A stretch of 24,000 nucleotides of DNA from Acetobacterium woodii (lineage in GTDB: Bacteria > Bacillota > Clostridia > Eubacteriales > Eubacteriaceae): assembly GCA_016213825.1 (NCBI GenBank), contig JACQZP010000021.1, forward strand, positions 245,109 to 269,108. Direction: 5' to 3'. Position 1 is the stretch's first letter. Every line of letters starts with the position of its first letter. This document shows, one piece after another, positions 8,022-15,400 of this stretch. Made by a program: the position numbers and the translations under genes. Below the pieces are notes generated by a model. The model saw nothing but the letters and a program-made list of their open reading frames with translations. It did no database searches and was not told the origin of the DNA.

Positions 8022-8050
8022 ACTCTACAGCAAATGGTATATTTTGTCAA
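8022..8050 (-). promoter_or_regulatory. Candidate sigma-A promoter of the TrmB-family/lysA/dapL operon
   Basis: The minus strand reads TTGACA (8045-8050), 17 nt, TAGAGT (8022-8027), about 115 nt upstream of the ATG at 7901. Confidence 0.55.
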
Positions 8051-8074
8051 GAATGATTATAAAAAATTGTTCTT

Positions 8075-8134
8075 ATATTTATTTTTGCATTTATTCTAGC
8101 ATTTATTCTAGCATTTATTTTTGCATTTATTAAC
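8075..8134. repeat. Five tandem 12-bp units (consensus GCATTTATTCTA)
   Basis: The units are ATATTTATTTTT, GCATTTATTCTA, GCATTTATTCTA, GCATTTATTTTT and GCATTTATTAAC, head to tail with no spacers. Confidence 0.9.
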
Positions 8135-8137
8135 TAA

Positions 8138-8188
8138 TAAAAAAGACCTGACTCCTAGGATAAGATTAATCATCGAAAGTGTGGTCTT
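8138..8188 (-). terminator. Weak terminator-like hairpin after azlD
   Basis: On the minus strand AAGACC pairs with GGTCTT (6 bp, about 34-nt loop) and is followed by TTTTTTATT. The large loop makes this weak. Confidence 0.3.
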
Positions 8189-8204
8189 AGCTTTGTATGT
8201 TTAG

Positions 8205-8549
8205 CTATGCGCCCATAAAAAAAGGCATCCGAATTAAAATCATGTACAGTCCGGTTCCGGCGATGATACTCAGGAAAACATTTTTTTTAAAGAACTGTAC
8301 GATCACCACGATACCAACCGCCAGAAGTTCCGGCAAACCATAGGGAAAGGCTGTGAACCCGATGTTTCGCAAACAAAATATCACCAGAATAATCATAATC
8401 GCTGCCGGTAGAACCATTCCTAGATAAGTGACTGTTTCCGGCAATGCTTTTTTGCGGCCAAAGAAAATAAATGGCAGCGCCCGTGTAAACACGGTAACCA
8501 GAACCACGACCACGATGGCCGCCAATGTATATTTCCAATCAATATTCAT
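8205..8549 (-). CDS. azlD: Branched-chain amino acid transport protein AzlD family
   Basis: 114-aa very hydrophobic ORF (about 4 TM helices), directly downstream of an AzlC-like gene. Strong RBS GAAGGAGG. Confidence 0.75.
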   Translation of the reverse strand: MNIDWKYTLAAIVVVVLVTVFTRALPFIFFGRKKALPETVTYLGMVLPAAIMIILVIFCLRNIGFTAFPYGLPELLAVGIVVIVQFFKKNVFLSIIAGTGLYMILIRMPFFMGA

Positions 8550-8583
8550 AATTGACCTCCTTCTTTCTCTGATCTATTAAACA

Positions 8584-8629
8584 CTTGCGAAAGTACTGTG
8601 CGCTTTGTGTCCAGTTTCGCACGAAACAA
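8584..8629. repeat. Hairpin repeat family 2, solo left-arm module (46 bp) in the azlC-azlD spacer
   Basis: CTTGCGAAAGTACTGTGCGCTTTGTGTCCAGTTTCGCACGAAACAA aligns with 5689-5735 and 9368-9414 and shares CAGTTTCGCACGAAACAA exactly. It begins 4 nt after the azlC stop codon. Confidence 0.7.
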
Positions 8630-8632
8630 TTG

Positions 8633-9334
8633 CTACTGATCAATCGCCATCGTCAACGTCTGGTGGATTTTTGTTTTCATCAGCACCAGTGCCAGCACAC
8701 TGACCGAAAGTGCTGGTAAGATAAACTGATTCGGCCCGAGAATAAAATAAAAAACCAGGGCACTGATCAAACCAGTGATTGCCGGCAGATGACTATCCAT
8801 CTGCTGCCATTGATTCATACAGACGGTGACAAAGAAAGCCGTGGCTGAAAATTCGATGCCAGCCAAATCAAAGGGAATCAGCTGACCAAAGAGCGCTCCG
8901 GCAACACAGCTGAAAATCCAGACCAGATGAAGAATCAGAGTAATATAAAAATCGACTTTTTTAATCTCCAAATCATTAGGATAGTTAACCGCACAGAGAA
9001 TTGAATAAACCTCATCAGTTAATGTGACCACCATGTAAGGATATTTCCAACCCATTTTTCTGAACGTGTCGATAAAGGCGATACCATAAAAAATGTGACG
9101 GGCATTAACAAAAAAAGTCATCATCGCGATGGTTCCCAGCGACGCTCCGGCAGTCAGCAGCGATACCATGACAATCTGCATCGAACCGGCATAAATGAAG
9201 ACACCGGATATAAAAGACCACCCCACCGAATAGCCAGCCTCATCCATCAGCACGCCAAAGGCAATACCGATAAACAAATATGGAAAGATAACAGGCACCA
9301 CCTGTTGCAGGGCAAAAACCAGATTTTTATTCAT
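8633..9334 (-). CDS. azlC: AzlC-family branched-chain amino acid permease/exporter subunit
   Basis: 233-aa polytopic membrane ORF paired with azlD. RBS AAGGGAG. Confidence 0.8.
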   Translation of the reverse strand: MNKNLVFALQQVVPVIFPYLFIGIAFGVLMDEAGYSVGWSFISGVFIYAGSMQIVMVSLLTAGASLGTIAMMTFFVNARHIFYGIAFIDTFRKMGWKYPYMVVTLTDEVYSILCAVNYPNDLEIKKVDFYITLILHLVWIFSCVAGALFGQLIPFDLAGIEFSATAFFVTVCMNQWQQMDSHLPAITGLISALVFYFILGPNQFILPALSVSVLALVLMKTKIHQTLTMAIDQ

Positions 9335-9367
9335 AAGATGCTCCCTTCACTAATTAAAATATTCACT

Positions 9368-9577
9368 AATTGCGACTGTATCGTGAGCTTAGTATCCAGT
9401 TTCGCACGAAACAACCAGAAGAAATCGCTACGCGAATTTCTTCTTTGTCGCGGGCAGTCGCTAACTACAAGCAAGCTTGTGATTGGCTCGTCGCCTTCGT
9501 GAATTTTTACACGTTACAAAATCGTTTGTGGAAACTGAACACTAAGCAATAACTGTACGTTATGTATTTTTGCAATC
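9368..9577. repeat. Hairpin repeat family 2, full copy c (about 210 bp) in the azlC leader
   Basis: The left arm is AATTGCGACTGTATCGTGAGCTTAGTATCCAGTTTCGCACGAAACAA (9368-9414). The right arm is CGTTTGTGGAAACTGAACACTAAGCAATAACTGTACG...TGCAAT (about 9522-9577) and is its imperfect reverse complement. The core 9415-9489 is the reverse complement of 5811-5885. Confidence 0.75.
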
Positions 9578-9615
9578 ACCTAACTAACGTTTGATTTGAG
9601 CCTCATTTTAACACG

Positions 9616-9653
9616 CAAAAATACGCCATACAATAAAATAAATGTATGGCGTA
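9616..9653 (-). terminator. Intrinsic terminator of the MocR-type gene
   Basis: An 11-bp perfect stem pairs TACGCCATACA (9622-9632) with TGTATGGCGTA (9643-9653), with a 10-nt loop. On the minus strand it is followed by TTTTTG. Confidence 0.75.
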
Positions 9654-9677
9654 CAAATTTTTCAATATTAATCAAGT

Positions 9678-11063
9678 CTAAATCTGATCTAACAGCTTTT
9701 TTAAAATTCTTAGGCCTTGTTCCAACTCTTCCAGGGTTTCCGGCGCACCGATGGACATCCGCACGGCTCGGCTTGGTAAACTGTTCCCCACCGTAAACCG
9801 CTCGGCGGCATACAACCGAACGCCATTTTTTAGCGCCAGCGCCTCAAAATCGGACCCGGTGATGGACCCCGGCAATAACAACCAGCGGAAGATCCCGGTT
9901 TCATCGCCGCGGCATTGATAATCACATAAATAAGCATTAGCCAAAGCGTTGCGCCTGGTTGCATTATTCTGATGATTTTTGATAAAGTCATCAAGCTGTC
10001 CGGAAACGATCACCCGTGCTCCCAGAACCGCCATCAGCGGCGAAACTGAAATGTTTAAGTTGTATAGCGCTTTGGACACCGCTTTTCGGTAGGATTCCGG
10101 TACCGATACATAGGCCATCCGCAATCCCGGAGCCAGGGTTTTTGACATGCTGGCAATGTAGATGGTCTGCTCCGAGGCAAAGGACGCCACCGCCGGCCGG
10201 GTTTCTCGACTGAGAATATGGTAGGCCCCATCCTCGATGATAAAGATCCCGTATTCCTTAGCAATCTCGCCAATCATTTGGCGACGCTCTACCGACATGG
10301 TATGGGTGGTGGGATTGTGATTATCGGGGATTAGATAAATGCCCTTAATGTTTTCATTTTTACAGGCATCAATCAGCGCCTCCGCATCCATCTCTCCATC
10401 CAAATGCCGGATCGGGGTTAACTGAATTCCCAGCATCGAGGCCGTTGTTTTTAGACCGGAATAGGTATGGGGATCGGCACCAATTTTATCGCCATGTCGG
10501 CAAAGACCGGCAAGAATGGCAGTAATGGCGTTTTGACCGCCATTTGAGAATAGAATGCTGTCGGGATTTGGACTGAATCCACCCTTTTCCATCAGTTTCA
10601 CCGCGGCATCTTTCAGCCAGAGATTGGCGTTTGGTCGGCTGTAATTAAATAATTTCTCCGCATCTGATTCATTCAGCATTTCTTTTAAATGGTCAATCAA
10701 GGGTCCAAAAGAGGCAGTATCCGGAAAGACAGCGCCCATCTCAATCAGGTTTCTCGGTTTGTCATCGGGCAATAAATAAGCGTTAGCCAGCGCGTCAAAG
10801 GATACAAAGGTGCCACTGCCAACGGTCGCGCTAAGCAGGCCTTTTAATTCGCAGACCTTACAGGCTTTTGAGACGGTGCTGACATTGATATCCAGAAAAT
10901 CGGCCAGCTCCCGCTGCGGCGGCAGCTTTGTTCCCGGCAGCAGGTTCCCCTTTTTAATATCCTGCTCCAGTTGCCGGGCCAGGGCGAGATACAGGGGTTT
11001 GACCGCATCGTTCAAGGTCGGTTTCCAGGACATCGGATAATCTTCAAATGAATTGACGGGCAT
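9678..11063 (-). CDS. MocR/PdxR-type regulator (GntR HTH fused to a fold-I aminotransferase-like domain)
   Basis: N-terminal GntR wHTH (LPPQRELADFLDINVSTVSKACKVCELKGLL) plus a roughly 350-aa aminotransferase-like domain with SMSKTLAPGLRMAY (PLP lysine context). The track start at 11072 is a GTG inside the RBS. The in-frame ATG at 11063 sits 8 nt after AAGAGG, so I prefer that start. Confidence 0.85.
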   Translation of the reverse strand: MPVNSFEDYPMSWKPTLNDAVKPLYLALARQLEQDIKKGNLLPGTKLPPQRELADFLDINVSTVSKACKVCELKGLLSATVGSGTFVSFDALANAYLLPDDKPRNLIEMGAVFPDTASFGPLIDHLKEMLNESDAEKLFNYSRPNANLWLKDAAVKLMEKGGFSPNPDSILFSNGGQNAITAILAGLCRHGDKIGADPHTYSGLKTTASMLGIQLTPIRHLDGEMDAEALIDACKNENIKGIYLIPDNHNPTTHTMSVERRQMIGEIAKEYGIFIIEDGAYHILSRETRPAVASFASEQTIYIASMSKTLAPGLRMAYVSVPESYRKAVSKALYNLNISVSPLMAVLGARVIVSGQLDDFIKNHQNNATRRNALANAYLCDYQCRGDETGIFRWLLLPGSITGSDFEALALKNGVRLYAAERFTVGNSLPSRAVRMSIGAPETLEELEQGLRILKKLLDQI

Positions 11064-11085
11064 GCATGTCACCTCTTTTTATCTC

Positions 11086-11115
11086 ATTCTAATAGAAAAG
11101 ACCTGCCGCAGTCAA
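11086..11115 (-). promoter_or_regulatory. Candidate sigma-A promoter of the MocR-type gene
   Basis: The minus strand reads TTGACT (11110-11115), 18 nt, TAGAAT (11086-11091), about 20 nt upstream of the RBS. Confidence 0.45.
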
Positions 11116-11148
11116 GTTCGCACGTCTCAGACTATCCAAAAAATACAG

Positions 11149-11303
11149 CCAGTACCGACAATTGTTATATCATGTTGTACCCAAAGGGCAGACCCTGTGC
11201 CTCAAGGCGAACAGTTGCTGCGAAACGTTTATATTTAACCGAATCTTTAATTGCAACTGTACGAATTGTGCGCATTCAACAGATTAACAATTGGTCGGTA
11301 CGG
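11149..11303. repeat. Hairpin repeat family 1, copy B (about 155 bp)
   Basis: The left end CCAGTACCGACAATTGTTATATCATGTTGT and right end CAACAGATTAACAATTGGTCGGTACGG match copy A (301-404) almost base for base. The interior is different and longer. Confidence 0.75.
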
Positions 11304-11323
11304 TAGTTTATCAACAACCTCAA

Positions 11324-11350
11324 ACCTGCCGTCATCAAGTCGGCAAGTCT
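11324..11350. terminator. Weak hairpin after the HD-GYP regulator gene
   Basis: CCTGCCG (11324-11330) pairs with CGGCAAG (11340-11346), a 7-bp stem including one G-U when read on the minus strand. The better T-run (TCTTTTT) is on the plus strand, and the minus strand has only TTTGAGGTTGTT. Confidence 0.35.
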
Positions 11351-11361
11351 TTTTATTGTAG

Positions 11362-12477
11362 CTACACCTCGTTCAACGTCACTAATTCCTCTTCACAATC
11401 TGCAAATTTAATGGCAATTTGGCGGAATTCTTCATTTACTGCTTCGAAAGCATCAACCATCATTGGGTCAAAATGAACTCCGCGACCTTCTATTATGATT
11501 GCTACGGCGCTTCGATGGGTAAACGGCGGTTTGTAGACACGCTTACTGATCAGGGCATCGTAGACATCAGCAATGGCCATAATTCTTCCCGCAATGGGGA
11601 TCTCATCACCAGACAGACCATCTGGATAGCCAGTTCCATTCCACTTCTCCTGATGACATTTTGAAAACTCCATGGCATGTTTCAAAAAAGAATTTTCACC
11701 AAGCTTTAATGAGGCAATCCGTAGGGCATCATAGCCAATCGTGGTATGTTTTTTCATTTCCTCAAATTCTTCACAAGTCAATTTGCCAGGTTTTAGCAGA
11801 ATTTCATCGCGAATGCCGATTTTTCCAATATCGTGAAGTGGTGCTGACTTATAAAATATTTTTATGATTTCTTCGTTTAGAATATTCTGATATTTTTCGG
11901 TGGTACTGAGTTTTTCAGCCAGAATTTTGACGTAATTCTTGGTGCGGTCAATGTGTCCACCAGTGTCTGGATCCCGATATTCGGCCAGAGACGCCAGTGC
12001 TTCAATGGTAATTTCCTGGGTCAGACATAATTCCCGGGTTCGTTCTTCCACTCGTTGCTCGAGTTTTTCATTTTGGCTGGCCAATTCTTTTTTGGCAATC
12101 GTAATAAAGAGGTGCGTTTGGACCCGAGCCTTGACTTCCAGAATTTCAAATGGTTTGGTAATATAATCGACCGCTCCGGTTTCAAATCCTTTTGTTTTAC
12201 TGCCAATATCCGTCATGGCCGTCAAAAAAATAATCGGAATGTCGGCTGTTCGGGGGTCTTTTTTCAGTTTTTCACATACCTCATAACCACTCATTCCCGG
12301 CATCATGATGTCCAGCAAAATTAAATCCGGCAGTTCCATAGCGATAATTTCCAGGGCCGCTTCACCATCCATTGCCACGGTCAGATCATAGTCATCTCCC
12401 AGTGCTTCCACTAAAAGATCAATATTCATTTCGGTATCATCGACGATTAAAATGCTGCATTCTGATAATTTCTTCAT
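11362..12477 (-). CDS. Two-component response regulator, REC + HD-GYP domain (predicted c-di-GMP phosphodiesterase)
   Basis: REC motifs are present (ILIVDD, LILLDIMMPG, ITKPF), as are the HD-GYP motifs LHDIGKIG and WNGTGYPDGL followed by IADVYDAL. The track start at 12483 is a TTG. The ATG at 12477 lies 6 nt after GTGAGGT and 2 nt after the kinase stop codon, so I prefer it. Confidence 0.9.
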   Translation of the reverse strand: MKKLSECSILIVDDTEMNIDLLVEALGDDYDLTVAMDGEAALEIIAMELPDLILLDIMMPGMSGYEVCEKLKKDPRTADIPIIFLTAMTDIGSKTKGFETGAVDYITKPFEILEVKARVQTHLFITIAKKELASQNEKLEQRVEERTRELCLTQEITIEALASLAEYRDPDTGGHIDRTKNYVKILAEKLSTTEKYQNILNEEIIKIFYKSAPLHDIGKIGIRDEILLKPGKLTCEEFEEMKKHTTIGYDALRIASLKLGENSFLKHAMEFSKCHQEKWNGTGYPDGLSGDEIPIAGRIMAIADVYDALISKRVYKPPFTHRSAVAIIIEGRGVHFDPMMVDAFEAVNEEFRQIAIKFADCEEELVTLNEV

Positions 12478-12479
12478 AA

Positions 12480-15400
12480 TCAAACCTCACTTAATTTGAT
12501 TAATAAGGAATCCGCTTGTTCTTCAGCTTCCTTAAACTTATATTTGGAAACAAGTCGCATCAGTTCTGTCGCTTCAGCTTTGATTTCATTCGGCCACAAA
12601 AGCTGATGATATAATTCGAGTACCGCCGTACATTTTTTGGGCTTTCGCGTTTGAATACCTGGCAGCAGTTCTTCTAAAAAATGGACCAGTTCATCTTTCG
12701 GAGCAATCGAATTGTTTAACTCAACGCTATTGTTTTCCTCTGGCAAATACGCTTCGAGTGATTTTATCATCGATTTTAATAGAATACTCAGATTTATGAC
12801 AAGCGGTTTTAACGAATCCCTGCTTGGTTGTTCGTGTATTGCCGTTTCGAGGATCGTTGCCGCGTGTTTTATATCCATTGCCCCAATATTTCCTGATACT
12901 CCCTTTAATGTATGAACAAGTCGTTCAGCACCATTATAGTCGTCATTATTAATTGCCTGATTCAGGTCCGCAACCGTGTTCTTTTGCCCTGAAACAAATT
13001 TTCTCAGCAGATTCAGATAGGATTTTTTCTTGCCCAGAACCCGTTTCAGTCCCAGTTCTACATCCAAACCGCTGATTCTGATATCTAAATAGTCGTCTGG
13101 AAAAAGTTCACAGTTCATCTCACTGCGATCAACTGAATCCGCGACATTATTCAATGGTGGTATCCACCGGGTTAACATCTCAAAAAGATCACTCGGCTCG
13201 ATGGGCTTAGGCAAATGATCATTCATCCCGGCGGCAATACAGCGATCCCGATCTCCGGCCATGGCATTCGCTGTCATGGCGACAATGCGAAGCTCGGTAA
13301 ACCGACGGTCTGAGCGAATTTGTTTGGTCGCTTCAAGCCCGTCTAAAACAGGCATCTGCATATCCATCAAGACCAAATCATAAGCATTTTGATTAACCAT
13401 TTCTACTGCCAGCTGTCCATTGTTGGCTACATCAATCATAAAACCACCTTCTTTAAGGAGTTCAATGACAACAATTTGATTCAGCTCATTATCCTCCACC
13501 AGCAAAATTTTAGCCCCGGCAATTGCCTGCAGGTTCTTTCTCTGAATACTAACTAATCGTTGTTCACTTTCTTCAGATTCATTAATCGCATTTTTGCCAA
13601 CAATTCTCTGGGTGGTTTCATACAATACCCAAAGATTAACCGGTTTGACCATTACCAGTTCAAATCCCACTCGTTTGGCTTCAAAGAAAACTTCTTCTCT
13701 TCCAAATCCGGTTACCATCACATATTTGGGTGGATGCTTCAATTCGCTTTGATTTAACCGGGCGACGGTTTGAATCCCATTTAAATCAGGCATTTGCATG
13801 TCTATAAAAGCAATCTCATAGGGTTCATTTCGCTGATCGGCTGTTTGAATCATCTCGATGGCACTTGCACCAGAACCGGCTTCATCCACTCGCACAGCCA
13901 TGGATTTTAACATCGCCGACAGGATTAAACGGGCCTGAATATTGTCATCGACAACGAGAACATGGACGCCTTTTAACAGCTCATGTGAAATAACCGATTT
14001 TGCTGTTTTGGGCGAAATCCGAAAATGGGTCGTAAACCAAAAGATACTGCCTTTTCCATACTCGGATACCACTCCGACTTCGCCACCCATTAAGCTGGCC
14101 AGGTCTTTGGAAATAGCCAACCCCAACCCGGTACCACCATATTTTCGAGTAGTCGATGTATCGGCCTGCTGGAAGGACTGAAATAATTTTGATTTCTGAT
14201 CGGCAGTTAAGCCGATTCCGGTATCCTGAACTTCAAATCGCAGCGCGAACCCAGTGGTCGATTCCTTTTCTTTCCTGATTCGAACAATAATCTCACCCTT
14301 TTCGGTAAATTTAATTGCATTGTTAACATAATTAATCAGTATTTGTCCAATTCGTAGCGGATCGCCGCATAATTCGTTGGGAACATCCGGATGAATGTCA
14401 AAGACAAGCTCCAACCCTTTTGACAGGCATTTTTCGCTGATACAATTGGATAAATTATCGAGAACTTCATACAATTTAAAATCAATACATTCAATATCCA
14501 GTTTTCCGGCTTCAATTTTCGAAAAATCCAAAATATCATTAATAACACCCAGTAAATGTTGACCAGATTGCTGAATTTTATCAACATAGTCTTTCTGCTT
14601 TTCTGACAGATCCGTTTTTTGGATTAGATAACTCATGCCGAGGATCGCATTCATGGGGGTCCGTATCTCATGACTCATATTGGCTAAAAAATCAGATTTA
14701 GATTTAGCAGCTACTTCAGCAACTTTTTTTGCTTCAAAAAGTTCCTCTTCCATGTGCTTTCGTTGGGTGATATCCGTAGAAATACTACAAAGTCCGATAA
14801 TTTCACCATTTTGTTTCATGGGTACTTTGGTGGACAAATAGGTTTTATCAATCTTGCTTTTGATGGAATGCTCTTCGGTTATCTGAATTTCTTTTTGTCG
14901 AATCACATTGAGATCATTTTGATCATATGCTTCACCCTGACTCGAATTAAATACCGTCCTAGCGGTTTTACCAATGCAAGCCTCCCGTTTAAAACCAGTT
15001 ACATCTTCCCACTGCTTGTTAATATAAGTATATCTACCTTTTAAATCTTTTACATAGACGGCCGCCTGCAAGTTTTCGAGAACAGACTCCATAAACTCCC
15101 GGCTGTTGATCAATTCCCGATTCTTTTGTTCAATTTCCTGCATTAATTCTTCCTTGGATGGCGACTCAATTTCAGCACGTAATTCGTTAATCAGTGCGTC
15201 GCAAAATTCCGGATCAACAGACATAAATGGTAAAAAAACATTGGCCACAAATTTACCGTCTGATTTTTTAAGGATTGTCACATCATTAAAGTATCGTTCT
15301 GCAAATTCCATTTTTACCGGCGCATCAAGATTATCAAAAGCTATCGAAAGACACTTTTTATCATGGATTTCCGTAACTGCGATAATAATATTAACTTGAT

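Noticed and set aside
8075-8134. I considered the tandem repeat array as a CRISPR or minisatellite-encoded feature.
   Set aside because: The units are 12 bp and directly abutting with no spacers, so it is not a CRISPR array. I kept it as a promoter-proximal tandem repeat instead.
8287-8538. An 83-aa ORF on the same strand as azlD in another frame, and the Lys/Arg-rich ORF 3715-3966 inside the 3159-4331 gene.
   Set aside because: They are alternative-frame readings of longer, better-supported ORFs, with biased composition and no RBS.
301-11303. The two family-1 copies could be the ends of a 11-kb composite mobile element.
   Set aside because: The two copies are in the same, not inverted, relative orientation as far as the asymmetric ends show. 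The intervening genes are housekeeping (htpG, dapL, lysA, azlCD), there is no transposase, and there are no flanking target duplications.
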